DNA of 64,000 bases from a bacterium (GTDB lineage: Bacteria; UBA8248), in NCBI GenBank assembly GCA_965203325.1, contig OZ241875.1, forward strand, positions 864,001 to 928,000, written 5' to 3'. Positions 1 through 10,279 of this stretch are shown in pieces. A model generated the notes under the pieces. The model searched no databases, was not told where the DNA came from, and saw only the letters and a program-made list of their open reading frames with translations. The translations under genes were made by a program, and so were the position numbers. Each line of letters begins with the position of its first letter. Positions within the stretch are counted from its first letter, which is position 1.

Positions 1-2
1 TG

Positions 3-728
3 ACGGCGGATTGCGCCATCCTCGCCGAGCCGACCGGGCTCAAGGTCTCGAACGCGAACATGGGTGTCGTGTGGGCGAAGATCACAGCATCCGGCACCAT
101 CAGCCACAGCGTCTTCTCGAACCGCCCGGGGGTCGTGAACGCCGTGCGCGCAATCCACAGGATTCAAGCCGCTATCGAGCGCTGGATACCCGATTACGAG
201 GCGAGACACTCCTGCATGGGCGAACACCCCAACGTGACGATAGCCGCCGTCCGGGGCGGCTGGCCCTGGCGGCTTTCCAGAAACCCGGCCGAGGCGAGCC
301 TTTATCTCGACATCCGCACCGTGCCAGGCCAGAACACCGAGGACATCAAGCGCGAGTTGCGCGGCGTGCTCGATGAAGCGGCGGATGAAGCCGGGCGGAC
401 CTCGCTCACCTTCTACGTGAACGACCCGCCCACCCTTCTCGATGAGGACGCCCCGCTCGTGCAAGCTGCGCTTGCGGCGCACGAGGAAGTGACGGGCGAG
501 GCAACTGCTCCCGTCATCAGGCGGCCCGCGGCCGATTCCACGCATTTCAACCGCTACGGCATCCCGTGCGTCTGCTACGGCCCCGGCGGGCGGATGCACC
601 CAGGCGCCGCCGAAAAGGGACTGATGCACGCCGTGGGCGAGCACGTGCTCGTCGAGGACGCCGTGACGGCGGCGAAAGTCTACCTCGCCGCGGCGCTTGC
701 GATTTGCGGCGAGAAAGCTGGTTCATAG
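3..728 (+). CDS. M20/ArgE-DapE family metallo-deacylase (5' partial)
   Basis: Frame is open from the window edge (TADCAILAEPTG). C-terminal 'GIPCVCYGPG...MHAVGEHV' is typical of M20 peptidases. Confidence 0.8.
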   Translation, partial: TADCAILAEPTGLKVSNANMGVVWAKITASGTISHSVFSNRPGVVNAVRAIHRIQAAIERWIPDYEARHSCMGEHPNVTIAAVRGGWPWRLSRNPAEASLYLDIRTVPGQNTEDIKRELRGVLDEAADEAGRTSLTFYVNDPPTLLDEDAPLVQAALAAHEEVTGEATAPVIRRPAADSTHFNRYGIPCVCYGPGGRMHPGAAEKGLMHAVGEHVLVEDAVTAAKVYLAAALAICGEKAGS

Positions 729-874
729 GGGAGCTGTTGAAAAGCCTTGATATCGTGATTCAGCGTATGGAGCCGACCGGGGAGGGAGGGTTCACGGCAA
801 GGAGGGATGAGGGGTTCGGAGGGAATCATGCTTCACTCGCCCTCCCTTGGCTTGAAAACCAACCCCCCTTAACA

Positions 875-1146
875 GGGCCTGTTGAAAAAGTCCCGTGGAG
901 CGATTTTGGCTGGGCGTAAGTTTTTGAAGTTCACTCCCCCTTGAGGGGGAGTCGAAGAGCTAAGGGCGTAAGCCCGAAAGCGATTCGGTGGGGGGATGAT
1001 TCGGAATGGCGATAAAATGTATTTTACCCCCCACCGCATCAGCCTTCGCAAAAAACGCTCGGCTTCTTCGTCTGGCTTTCCCCTCGGGAAGCCAGACCCT
1101 CAAGGGGGGAGCGATTCCTCTCTTCTCGGGGTTTATCAACAGCCCC
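875..1146. mobile_element. MITE-like unit with IS1182-type ends enclosing a family-A palindromic element
   Basis: GGGCCTGTTGAAAAAG at 875 and GGTTTATCAACAGCCCC ending at 1146 match the termini of the IS at 24227-25748. No coding capacity. Confidence 0.6.
931..1114. repeat. Family-A structured palindromic repeat (copy 1)
   Basis: Arms TCACTCCCCCTTGAGGG...CCCTCAAGGGGGGAG with internal GGTGGGGGG/CCCCCCACC stem. Homologous to 24084-24226, 60122-60275 and 61792-61952. Confidence 0.85.
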
Positions 1147-1239
1147 CCGGGGACAAGGACAGTGAGGCATCACATTAAGGCGAAAAGAAACCTCTCATCC
1201 AACTAAACACCGGAAAAATAAACCGATAAGGATACACGC

Positions 1240-2415
1240 ATGGATTTCGAACTGAGTGAAGAGCAAAAAAGCCTGCAGCTTCTCGCGCGGGAATTCGCGA
1301 TGGAGGAGATGCTGCCAGAGGTGGCCGAACTCGAGAAACGCCCCGACGGGGAGGACAAGTTCCCCTACGACCTGGTGAAGCGCGGCGCCGCGCTCGGCTT
1401 CCACTCCCTGGGCGTGCCCGAGGCGCACGGGGGCGACGGGGCCAGCGTCCTCACCCAGTGCATCGTCGTGGAGGAACTCTCCGCCGGCTCGCCCGCCGTC
1501 TCCAAGGTGTACAGCCACAACTGGAAGGGGATCGCGGGCTTGATCGCCGTGGCGACGCCCGAACAACTCGCCCGCGTTATTCCCGCCTATCTCGAAGACC
1601 CGCTCTATTGCATCGGCATCGCCATCACGGAGCCCGATGCCGGCAGCGACAACGCGCTCCCCTTCGACGCGGACCCGGCGGCAGGCCCCGCCCTCAGCGC
1701 GGTGCGCGAGGGGGATCATTACGTCCTGAACGGCACGAAGCAGTTCATCGCCATGGGCGCGCAGGCGAAGTACGTCACCGCCTTCGCCCGGACGGACAGG
1801 AGCGTCCCGTGGACGAAGGGCACGACGGGGTTCATGATCTTCCCGCCGCACGATGGCTTCGAAGTCGGCAGGCTGCACGACAAGGTGGGGCTCAGGTGCT
1901 ATCCCCAGCACGACCTCATCTTCCGCGGCGTGCGGGTGCCGGTGGAAGACCGCCTGGGCGAGGAGGACAGGTTCCAGGAGGGCCGGAGGAGCGTGACCAA
2001 CGTCGGCACCGTGGAGGCGACGGCCACCTCTTTGGGCATCGCCCGGCGCGCGTACGACCTGGCGCTCTCCTATGCGCGCGAGCGTGTGCAGGGCGGTAAG
2101 CCCATCATCGAGCACGACTTGATCGGCGCGCTCCTGCTCGAGATGTTCACCCGCCTGGAAGCCGCGAGAACGCTGCTCTGGCGCGCCGCCTGGAGCATCG
2201 ACAACGGAGTCCACGATCAGAAACTCGCGCGGGCGACGAAGGTGCTCGCCGTCGAGACGCTGAACTATCTCGCGACGAAGGCGGTGGAAATCTGGGGCGG
2301 CATGGGCGTGATGAAGGACGCGCCCGTGGAGAAGGTCTACCGCGACGCGATCCAGCTTTACCACATGGGCAACACGAACCAGGTGAACGTCCTGAAGGCC
2401 CTGCCCCACCTGTGA
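1240..2415 (+). CDS. Acyl-CoA dehydrogenase family protein
   Basis: Motifs [48 protein letters not shown]. Confidence 0.93.
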   Translation: MDFELSEEQKSLQLLAREFAMEEMLPEVAELEKRPDGEDKFPYDLVKRGAALGFHSLGVPEAHGGDGASVLTQCIVVEELSAGSPAVSKVYSHNWKGIAGLIAVATPEQLARVIPAYLEDPLYCIGIAITEPDAGSDNALPFDADPAAGPALSAVREGDHYVLNGTKQFIAMGAQAKYVTAFARTDRSVPWTKGTTGFMIFPPHDGFEVGRLHDKVGLRCYPQHDLIFRGVRVPVEDRLGEEDRFQEGRRSVTNVGTVEATATSLGIARRAYDLALSYARERVQGGKPIIEHDLIGALLLEMFTRLEAARTLLWRAAWSIDNGVHDQKLARATKVLAVETLNYLATKAVEIWGGMGVMKDAPVEKVYRDAIQLYHMGNTNQVNVLKALPHL

Positions 2416-2507
2416 AGATTCAGGGCATCGAATTGCCTCTTGTATTTCGCGCGGTTTTTGAGGATTCTATTCGTGTAGCGAACCGGAAAGCGAGAAGGAG
2501 ATTCGAC

Positions 2508-2906
2508 ATGATAGAGAAAACGGATGCGGAGTGGCGCGAGCAGTTGACGCCCGAGCAGTACCACGTCACCAGAAAGGCGGGCACCGAGCGCGCCTTCAGC
2601 GGGAAATACTGGGACTGCCACGATGACGGCATCTACGCGTGCGTTTGCTGCGGGACGGAGCTTTTCGACGCCAAAACCAAGTTCGATTCGGGCACGGGCT
2701 GGCCGAGCTTCTACCAGCCGCTCAGGCCCGAAAACGTGGGCGAGAAGGAGGACAACTCCTTCTGGATGCGCCGCGTGGAGGTGGTGTGCTCGAACTGCGA
2801 CGCGCACCTGGGCCACGTGTTCTCCGACGGCCCGCTGCCCACCGGCCTTCGCTACTGCATGAACTCGGCATCGCTGGACCTGAAGCCGAAAGACACTTCC
2901 GAATAG
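2508..2906 (+). CDS. msrB: Peptide-methionine (R)-S-oxide reductase
   Basis: [34 protein letters not shown] and two Zn CxxC motifs. AGGAG RBS precedes ATG 2508. Confidence 0.96.
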   Translation: MIEKTDAEWREQLTPEQYHVTRKAGTERAFSGKYWDCHDDGIYACVCCGTELFDAKTKFDSGTGWPSFYQPLRPENVGEKEDNSFWMRRVEVVCSNCDAHLGHVFSDGPLPTGLRYCMNSASLDLKPKDTSE

Positions 2907-3011
2907 TTTTATACCGGCATAAAGGGATGAATTTATACGGAACCTGACGCCATTTGCGCGATAATAGATATAAAAGAGCGCCATTTTTCAGAATCACAGG
3001 AGACAGCACCC

Positions 3012-3455
3012 ATGAGCATTCAACGCTTTCATAACGTATCCCTGACGGTGAAGGACGCGGACGCATCTTCGAAATGGTACGCCGAGAATTTCGGCTTCGA
3101 GGTGGAATCGGATTCGGAGCGAACGCCGGATTTCTCGGCCCAGGTGACGGGCGTTCCGGGCGCGGTTCTCCGCGTGGTGCACATGGGCGGCCACGGGCTT
3201 CACTTGGAACTCATGGAGTACAAGGGCGCTGCCGGAGCGGCGGTGGACACCTCCCCCAACAACGCGGGCTGCCTGCAGATCGGCTTCGTGGTGGACGACG
3301 CCGAAGCCCTTTTTGAGAAACTCAAATCACAGGAAACCGCCATGTGTTCGCCGGAACCCGCCACGGTGCCGAGCGGCCCCATCCAGGGCTCAAAAATCTT
3401 CTTCTGCAAGGACCCCGACGGCGTGGTGCTCAAGTTCCTGTCGATCAAGAAGTAG
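3012..3455 (+). CDS. VOC/glyoxalase family protein
   Basis: FHNVSLTVKD...LELMEY...QIGFVVDD...KDPDG pattern. Confidence 0.85.
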   Translation: MSIQRFHNVSLTVKDADASSKWYAENFGFEVESDSERTPDFSAQVTGVPGAVLRVVHMGGHGLHLELMEYKGAAGAAVDTSPNNAGCLQIGFVVDDAEALFEKLKSQETAMCSPEPATVPSGPIQGSKIFFCKDPDGVVLKFLSIKK

Positions 3456-3497
3456 GGGTTTCATAAGGGACGTGAACCGGCCCTCCCTGTTTCTCTG

Positions 3498-3609
3498 GCA
3501 GGGGCGTCGGACGAGGGAAAGTTCGAATGTGTCCGCCCTTGGGATTTTCGGTTCTCTCTCGACCCCGCAGGGACGAAACTTCAAGAGCGGCTCGTGAGCC
3601 GCCCCTGCA
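3498..3609. repeat. GTAG/GCAG-type REP-like short palindromes
   Basis: GAGCGGCTCGTGAGCCGCCCCTGC (3586-3609) is a near reverse complement of GTAGGGGCGGCTCGCGAGCCGCCC at 22872. A degenerate partner lies at 3498-3540. Confidence 0.6.
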
Positions 3610-3633
3610 ACTTCCATCAAACCGAACAAGACC

Positions 3634-4040
3634 GCATTTCCCCGCATTTGCCGTACTCTCTGACATGGCGGATTCAGGTATCGTGCGCGCGGCGAAGAAA
3701 AGCGGCAATCGCCGCCCATGCGCCCTCATCAGGAAGGGGCGGGAATCGTTTCGGGGAGAGAAATCATGTTCGTGGATGCAAGGATGGTGATGGAAATGAA
3801 AATAATGATATTTTCGATAAATATGTGTAAATTCACGGGGTTTTTCGGTAAATTTCTGAAAAATAACGTCCAGATAAATGATTGTAATCAAAGGGGTTAT
3901 CATGTAAATCTTAGTGTCCTGCACTCAGATATGGCGGCAAAAAAAGTTTTTTGGTTCCCGCGCATTTGCCCGCAACTGCCCGCATTTCCTCTCGCGCCGC
4001 ATCACGCCAGCAAACCCTCCCTCCTCGGTCGGGTTTGACC
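3634..4040 (+). repeat. ~400-bp dispersed element with AT-rich core and CCCGCATTT repeats (copy 1)
   Basis: Aligns by eye with the reverse complement of 15236-15772 over 3634-3705 and 3780-4040. Confidence 0.9.
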
Positions 4041-4075
4041 CGCGCATTTGCCCGCAAGAGCCCGCATTTGCCTGG

Positions 4076-4546
4076 TCATTTCTTCGGCTTCATCCCGTGG
4101 CCCATATGCTTCTTTGCCTTGCCTTTGCCGCCATGGGACATGCCGGATTTGCTTCCGCCGTGGCCTTTCATCCCGCCGAAATGGAGTTTCTTGATCAGGC
4201 GGTCCCGGCCCGGCTTGGTGAAATCCAGCTTGAGCGCCCACTCTCCCGTCATTTCCAGGTGAACCCGCGCCCGGTAGGTTCCGGGGGTTCCGCCCGGTTC
4301 CGCGGGCACCGGACGCACGTTGTGGGTGCCGGGCATGGAGGGCATATCGGCGCCGACCGTGAACTCGGCGCCGGCGACCGGCATGCCGCTCTTCTTGCCC
4401 TTGAGGGAGATCATGCAGTCGTAGACCAGCTTTTTCTCCGCCGGCTTGCATTCCACCTCGGCCACCTTTCGCTCGCCTGCCGCCGGCATCGGCGACAGCA
4501 CCAATCCGCCAACAACGAAAACGATGAACAAACGGGTCTTCAACAT
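4076..4546 (-). CDS. Secreted YtkA/FixH-like Ig-fold protein with His/Met/Gly-rich tail
   Basis: Signal peptide, ADMPSM..H, GTYRA...LEMTGEW and tail HFGGMKGHGG...KHMGHGM. Confidence 0.7.
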   Translation of the reverse strand: MLKTRLFIVFVVGGLVLSPMPAAGERKVAEVECKPAEKKLVYDCMISLKGKKSGMPVAGAEFTVGADMPSMPGTHNVRPVPAEPGGTPGTYRARVHLEMTGEWALKLDFTKPGRDRLIKKLHFGGMKGHGGSKSGMSHGGKGKAKKHMGHGMKPKK

Positions 4547-5301
4547 GGCTGCGCTCCCTCCTTGTCCGGGTTGTGAGATTCAGGCGCGGGAATGCCCAGG
4601 TAATTCGACACGAGCCGCTCGTCCGACATCAGTTCCGCCGCAGACCCGTGGAGCGTAATCCGTCCGCTTTCGAGAACGTAAGCCCGGTCGGCGAGCGCCA
4701 TGGTCCGCCTGACGTTCTGTTCGACGAGGAGGATGGTGAGCCCCCCCTCGCGGAGCCGGGAGATCAGCCCGAAAACCTCCTCCGCCAACTTGGGTGACAA
4801 GCCGAGCGAGGGTTCGTCCAGCAGCAGCATCCGGGGACTGGACTCGAGCCCGCGAGCGAGCGCCAGCATCTGCGCTTCGCCGCCGCTCAGGCCGGCGGCC
4901 GGACTGTCCAGTTTGTCCGCGAGGGCGGGGAACATGCGCTGCAGGCTCGGGCGGTCGTGGCGCCGCAACACGAACCGGCCGCTCTGATGGGCGGCGGCCT
5001 GGAGGTTTTCCTCCACGCTCAAGGTCCCGAAGATCATGCGCCCTTCCGGAACCTGCACGATGCCGCGGGCGACGACGGCGTGCGACGGAAGGCCGCCAAT
5101 CGACTCTCCCTCGAAGAGGATATCGCCCTTCTCCGGCGGCACGATGCCCGAGATCGCATTGAGGATCGAAGTCTTGCCGGCGCCGTTCGCGCCGATGATG
5201 GAAACGATCTCTCCGGGCCGGACTTCCAATGACACCTCATCGACCGCGCGAATGCCGCCGTAGGAGACGCCCAGCCGGCGCACTTCAAGCATCGGGCGCA
5301 T
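4540..5301 (-). CDS. Branched-chain amino acid-type ABC ATPase (LivF-like, set 2)
   Basis: Walker A GANGAGKT, LSGGEAQML, LLLDEPSLGL. Confidence 0.92.
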   Translation of the reverse strand: MRPMLEVRRLGVSYGGIRAVDEVSLEVRPGEIVSIIGANGAGKTSILNAISGIVPPEKGDILFEGESIGGLPSHAVVARGIVQVPEGRMIFGTLSVEENLQAAAHQSGRFVLRRHDRPSLQRMFPALADKLDSPAAGLSGGEAQMLALARGLESSPRMLLLDEPSLGLSPKLAEEVFGLISRLREGGLTILLVEQNVRRTMALADRAYVLESGRITLHGSAAELMSDERLVSNYLGIPAPESHNPDKEGAQPC

Positions 5302-6043
5302 CGTCCCCGCCCAGATAGGCTTCACGGACGTTCGCATCGGCGAGCACCTCGCCCGGGAGGCCTTCCGCAATCTTGCGGCCGAAATCGAGCACGCAAAGAC
5401 GGGTGCACACGCCCGCGATGAGCGCCATCTTGTGCTCGATCACCACACAGGTGCGGTTCGGGGCGACGACCTCATGGATGAGCCGGGCCATGTCCGCGGT
5501 CTCGGCCGGAGTCATGCCGCCCGCCGGTTCGTCGAGGAACACCAGCGGCGGATCGGTCGTCAGCGCGCGGGCGACCTCCAGGCGCCTGCGCGCCGGCAAG
5601 GGGAGGTTTTTCGCCAGCACTTCACGATCTTTCAGAAGTCCAAACAGCTCCAGCATTTCATCGACTCTTCTGGTATCGCCGCATCTGAGCGCCGGCCGGC
5701 TTCGCAACAGGCCGAGCAGTCCACCGGAAACCCGGCTGTGCTGTGAGGCCCACACGTTCTGGAAGACGGTCATGGTCGGAAACAAGCGGATGTTCTGAAA
5801 AGTGCGCGCGATTCCCAGGCGTGCGATTTGGTGCCCTTTCCATCCGGTGATGTCCGCGTCCTGAAAGGAAATGCGCCCGCCGCTCGGCGGGTACACGCCG
5901 GTCACGGTGTTCAGAAGCGTCGTCTTGCCCGATCCGTTGGGCCCGATGAGGCCCAGAACCTCTCCGGCCGCGACCTCGAGGTCGATCCTGTCGAGCGCTG
6001 CCAAGGCGCCGAAGCGTTTTTCGACCTTCCTAAGCGCGAGCAT
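5285..6043 (-). CDS. ABC ATPase (LivG-like, set 2)
   Basis: GPNGSGKT, GIARTFQNIRLF, LDEPAGGM, EAYLG. Confidence 0.92.
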   Translation of the reverse strand: MLALRKVEKRFGALAALDRIDLEVAAGEVLGLIGPNGSGKTTLLNTVTGVYPPSGGRISFQDADITGWKGHQIARLGIARTFQNIRLFPTMTVFQNVWASQHSRVSGGLLGLLRSRPALRCGDTRRVDEMLELFGLLKDREVLAKNLPLPARRRLEVARALTTDPPLVFLDEPAGGMTPAETADMARLIHEVVAPNRTCVVIEHKMALIAGVCTRLCVLDFGRKIAEGLPGEVLADANVREAYLGGDDAPDA

Positions 6044-6938
6044 GATTCCGCCTCGAGAACACAGCCTTCAAGCGATGCACCCGCTCCTCGTCGAGGATGC
6101 CGCGCGGCATGAAAATCAACAGTATCGCCACCAGGCCGCCGAACACGATCATTCTATAGCCCTGGATGAAGCGAATCGCTTCCAGAAAACCGACATCGAT
6201 GGCGACGCCGATGAGCGGTCCGAATGCTGTGCCGAGGCCTCCGATCAGACCGTAAGCAAGGGCATGTACGCCCAACATGACGTTGAAGAACTGCGGCTCC
6301 ACGTAGGTGGTGAAGTGTGCGTAAAGAGCCCCGCCGACGCCCGCGATTACACCGGCCATGCCCACCGCCAGAATACGGTAGCGCACGGTGTTCAGGCCCT
6401 GCATCTCGGCCAGCAGATCATCCGAACCGAGCATTCTGAGAATCGAACCCAGCCGGGAGCGCTCGACCAGCAGCAAGCAGATCAACGTCAGCGCGAGCAG
6501 TCCGTAGATGAGGAGCATGAACTCGGTCAGGCTGATGTCGCGCTCAAACATCCAGCGGATGCCGTGGAATCCGTTTGCGCCCTCCGGACCCACCATCTCT
6601 CCATCGACCTCGACCTGAATTTCGACGATCAACAGGATCAGGCGCGCCATCTCCGCAAAAGCCAGAGTCGCGATCGAAAAGTAGAGACCGCTGAGCTGCA
6701 GCGTCAGAGCCCCCACGACCATCGCGATGATTCCGGCCGCGCACGCGCCGACGAGAATTCCCGCCCAGATCGGCATCTGGAACATAGCAGTCGCCGCACC
6801 GGCTGCGTACGCGCTCAGGCCGAAGTAGGCCTGCTGGCCGAAGGAGATCTCCCCTGTCAGCAACAGCAGGTAGGCCGACAACGCGATGAACGAGATCATG
6901 CCGATGTTCGACAGCACCGTGATGACGTAATTGTCCAT
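6030..6938 (-). CDS. ABC permease (LivM-like, set 2)
   Basis: GEISFGQQAYFG, GLYFSIATLAFAE, GGLGT. Confidence 0.9.
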   Translation of the reverse strand: MDNYVITVLSNIGMISFIALSAYLLLLTGEISFGQQAYFGLSAYAAGAATAMFQMPIWAGILVGACAAGIIAMVVGALTLQLSGLYFSIATLAFAEMARLILLIVEIQVEVDGEMVGPEGANGFHGIRWMFERDISLTEFMLLIYGLLALTLICLLLVERSRLGSILRMLGSDDLLAEMQGLNTVRYRILAVGMAGVIAGVGGALYAHFTTYVEPQFFNVMLGVHALAYGLIGGLGTAFGPLIGVAIDVGFLEAIRFIQGYRMIVFGGLVAILLIFMPRGILDEERVHRLKAVFSRRNHARA

Positions 6939-6941
6939 CCC

Positions 6942-7841
6942 TCAAACCCGCCGGAAGGCGAGAGCCTCGCGGCTCAGAATGCGTTGGCCCATGAGGCCTC
7001 CGGGCCGCAGCACCAGCATCCCGAACAGCAGCAGATATGCGCTGAGATCCTTGTATTCGTTACCCAGATACCAAAGAGCGTGGGCTTCGACGACGCCCAG
7101 CAGCAAGCCGCCCAGAATCGCGCCCGGCAGCGACCCCATGCCGCCCAGCATCATCGCAATGAGACCCTTGAAGGTGGCCCACAAGCCGAAGAAGGGGGTA
7201 ATCTGCGCATCCGTGGACAATATGGCGTAGCCCGCCACCCCGCCCATCAGGGACACCAGCGCGAATGCGCACAGCGTGACCCAAGCCGCATTGATGCCCA
7301 TATAGGCGGCGGCCAGGGAGTTTTCCGAGACCGCCCGCAACGCCAGTCCAAAACGGGTGCGATACAACAGGACGTGCAAAACGCCTACAATGATCATCGC
7401 CAGGACCAGCATCGAGGTCTGTTCCGCCCGAAACAGAAAGGGTCCGATTTCGAAGGAACCGGCTGCGAGCAAAGCGGGGAAGGCATAGGTGCGCTCGGGC
7501 AGCAGATGAATTGCGGCTTCCTCCAACTGCATCCAGATCACGAAGCTCGACACCATCGACGCGAGCACGGCGCTGCGCCGGATGGCGTGAAAGCATAAGC
7601 GTTCGACATAGATGCCAACGAGGACGGTGCTCGCCAGTGTCGTAAGAGCGACGATCCACACACTGACCTGATACTGCACGTGCAGCCACGTGCCGATGTA
7701 GGCGCCGAGCATGATGGTGGCGCCGAAGGAGAGATTGATCCGGCGCATCACGCCGAAGATGATCGTGAAACCAATCGCCAGAAGCGCGTAGGACGAACCG
7801 AACATCATGCCGTCGACCGTATTCTGGACAAAATCGATCAA
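6942..7841 (-). CDS. ABC permease (LivH-like, set 2)
   Basis: YALLAIGFTIIFGV, RTRFGLALRAVSEN, GGMGSLPG, RPGGLMG. Confidence 0.92.
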   Translation of the reverse strand: MIDFVQNTVDGMMFGSSYALLAIGFTIIFGVMRRINLSFGATIMLGAYIGTWLHVQYQVSVWIVALTTLASTVLVGIYVERLCFHAIRRSAVLASMVSSFVIWMQLEEAAIHLLPERTYAFPALLAAGSFEIGPFLFRAEQTSMLVLAMIIVGVLHVLLYRTRFGLALRAVSENSLAAAYMGINAAWVTLCAFALVSLMGGVAGYAILSTDAQITPFFGLWATFKGLIAMMLGGMGSLPGAILGGLLLGVVEAHALWYLGNEYKDLSAYLLLFGMLVLRPGGLMGQRILSREALAFRRV

Positions 7842-7868
7842 GACGCGCTCCCACGACTCCGGTATTCG

Positions 7869-8585
7869 TTAATCCTTCTGCGACCCGAGGTAGGCCCGGT
7901 GAATGACCTCGTCTTCCGCCAGCTCTCCGGGCGATCCCGAGAATGTGATTTCTCCGTTTTCGATGAGGTAGAACTTGTGGGCCACGGTCAGCGCCATGTG
8001 GGCGTTTTGCTCGACCAGGAAAATCGTGACGCCTTCCGCATTCAATTCGCGGATGATGTTAAAAATCTCCCTGACGATCAACGGCGCCAGCCCGATGGAT
8101 GGCTCGTCCATGAGCAGAATCTTGGGGCGATTCATCAGGCCCCTGGCAATGGCCAGCATCTGCTGCTCGCCTCCCGACAGGGTTCCCGCAAGCTGGCCCT
8201 TGCGTTCTTCCAGGCGAGGAAAACGCCGGTACATGTCCGCGACATCGGCCGCGACCTCCGCCTCGGAAGCCCGCCGGGAGTAGGCGCCGGCATGAAGGTT
8301 CTCCTCGACGTTCATGTAGGGAAAGACAAGACGGTTCTCGGGCACCAGAGCGAGGCCTCTCGAGACCACCTTGCTGGCCGGCAACCGCGTTATGTCGTCG
8401 CCGCTCAAAACAACGGAGCCGGATTCGGGGGAAAGGATGCCTGCAATGGTGAACATGGTCGTCGTTTTTCCTGCGCCGTTAGGACCGAGCAGACACGTGA
8501 TTTCGCCCTCGGCCGCATCCAGGCAGATGCCTCGCAGCGCCTGAACTTTTCCGTAGGAAGTGACGATATCCCGAACGCTCAACAT
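7869..8585 (-). CDS. ABC ATPase (LivF-like, set 1)
   Basis: GPNGAGKT, LSGGEQQMLAIAR, DEPSIGLAP. Confidence 0.93.
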   Translation of the reverse strand: MLSVRDIVTSYGKVQALRGICLDAAEGEITCLLGPNGAGKTTTMFTIAGILSPESGSVVLSGDDITRLPASKVVSRGLALVPENRLVFPYMNVEENLHAGAYSRRASEAEVAADVADMYRRFPRLEERKGQLAGTLSGGEQQMLAIARGLMNRPKILLMDEPSIGLAPLIVREIFNIIRELNAEGVTIFLVEQNAHMALTVAHKFYLIENGEITFSGSPGELAEDEVIHRAYLGSQKD

Positions 8586-8589
8586 GTTC

Positions 8590-9366
8590 TCAAGCGCCCG
8601 TGTCGAGAGAGGAGGCATCCGAGTCGGACGTCCCCAGATAGGCTTCCTGCACGGCCTTGTTCCGCTGAACGTCGCCTGGAGTCCCGGATGCGATCTTCTG
8701 CCCGAAATTCAGAACGGCGATTTGCTCCGCCACGCCCATTACGAGTTCCATTACGTGCTCGACGAGCAGGATCGTTACGCCGGAATCACGGATACGTCGA
8801 ATGCGCAGGCTCAGATCGTGGATTTCCTGGCGGTTCATGCCGGCTGCAGGTTCGTCCAGCAGCAACAACTTTGGACGGGCGGCGGCGGCGCGGGCGAACT
8901 CTAGTCGCCGTTGCTCCCCGAATGCGAGGTTGGAGGCGAGTTCATCGCTTTTGTGTTCCAAATCGGCGAGTTCGAGCAGGGTGGCGATCTCCCTCCGCGT
9001 CCGGCGGGTAGCGCCGAACCAGCGTGACAGAAAGCCTTGCGCGGCGATATCCTGGGGCGAGTTCTGCGCCACCCACAGGTTCTGCCATACGGTGAGATTC
9101 GGAAACAGGCGGATATTCTGGAACGTTCGGGCGATTCCCGCTCGCAGGCGTTGGTGCGGCGGCTTGCCGTTCATCAGTTCCTCGTGGAATCGAACCGTAC
9201 CGGCCGTTTCCTGATACACACCGCAGACCAGGTTGATAGTCGTGCTCTTGCCCGATCCGTTGGGGCCGATCAACCCGAAGATCTCACCCTCTTGAACAGT
9301 GATGTCCAGCTCATCGACGGCCTTGACCCCACCGAAGTGCTTCGACAGACCGCGCAGTTCAAGCAT
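8590..9366 (-). CDS. ABC ATPase (LivG-like, set 1)
   Basis: GPNGSGKST, GIARTFQNIRLF, LDEPAAGMN. Confidence 0.93.
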   Translation of the reverse strand: MLELRGLSKHFGGVKAVDELDITVQEGEIFGLIGPNGSGKSTTINLVCGVYQETAGTVRFHEELMNGKPPHQRLRAGIARTFQNIRLFPNLTVWQNLWVAQNSPQDIAAQGFLSRWFGATRRTRREIATLLELADLEHKSDELASNLAFGEQRRLEFARAAAARPKLLLLDEPAAGMNRQEIHDLSLRIRRIRDSGVTILLVEHVMELVMGVAEQIAVLNFGQKIASGTPGDVQRNKAVQEAYLGTSDSDASSLDTGA

Positions 9367-10273
9367 CGGACTTCTCCTGCGCGCCGAGACCGACTGCGCG
9401 TTTCAGGATCTGGGCGGTGCGCGCATCGAACAGGCCGGAAGGCTTCAGGTTCATCGCCATGATGATCAGCAACCCGAACACGATGTTGCGCCAATCTCCC
9501 AGAAACCGAAGCCCCTCCACGAGTACGCCCTGAATGAAGACGACCGCCACCAGGGTGCCGAACACGCTCGAGAGGCCGCCGAGGATCGGATAGGAGACCG
9601 CGAAGGTCGCGAGCAGCACGGTAAAGGTGAGGTGATCGACGTAGGTCGCCGTGTGCGCGTAGAGGGCTCCGCCGATGCCGGCGATGAAGCCGCCGGCGGT
9701 CATGGCCGTTACCTTTACCGCGGTGAGGTTGACGCCGACGCTTTGCGTCGCGAGTTCATCTTCGCCGACTGCCCGCAACACCGCCCCGGCGCGCGAACGA
9801 TCCATCCACCACAGCGCCGCCATGACCAGGATGACGAACGTCCAGACGAAGGCCGCGATCTCCCACGGCGACCATCCGTTCGCGACGAAATACCGGATCT
9901 CGCGGAAGCCGTTGGTGCTGTCCGGTCCGACTACGATGTCGCCGCGCGGCACGCGCCAGCTCAGGTTGAAGAAGAACAGACGAACGAACTCGCCGAACGC
10001 GATGGTCGCGACCACCAGCATCAGACCCTTTACCCTCAGGGCGGGAAAACCGACGATGAACGCGAAGAACGCGGCGATGACCGCGCCCGCGAGCAATGCC
10101 GGAAGAATCGGTACTTCGAAAATCACGGTGAGAATGCCTGCGGAGTAGGCTCCGATCGCAAAGAAGCCGGCCTGGCCCAATGAGAGCTGTCCGGTCAGCA
10201 TCAGGACATACGCGGACAAGCCGAGAAGAGTGTGAATCCCGATGAGTTGGGCGAGGCCGAGGTAGTACGACAT
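9359..10273 (-). CDS. ABC permease (LivM-like, set 1)
   Basis: GQLSLGQAGFFAIGAY, ATIAFGE, LRAVGEDE. Confidence 0.9.
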   Translation of the reverse strand: MSYYLGLAQLIGIHTLLGLSAYVLMLTGQLSLGQAGFFAIGAYSAGILTVIFEVPILPALLAGAVIAAFFAFIVGFPALRVKGLMLVVATIAFGEFVRLFFFNLSWRVPRGDIVVGPDSTNGFREIRYFVANGWSPWEIAAFVWTFVILVMAALWWMDRSRAGAVLRAVGEDELATQSVGVNLTAVKVTAMTAGGFIAGIGGALYAHTATYVDHLTFTVLLATFAVSYPILGGLSSVFGTLVAVVFIQGVLVEGLRFLGDWRNIVFGLLIIMAMNLKPSGLFDARTAQILKRAVGLGAQEKSDA

Positions 10274-10279
10274 CGGTGG

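Noticed and set aside
869..1206. Small ORFs over the family-A repeat (also 24126 and 60099-60584)
   Set aside because: Read-through of repeat or IS DNA with no protein signature.
3796..4038. 80-codon ORF (MKIMIFSINMCKF...) open in both copies of the 400-bp element
   Set aside because: By hand count, non-synonymous differences outnumber synonymous ones roughly two to one. Codon usage is AT-rich and there is no recognisable domain, so coding is unsupported though not excluded.
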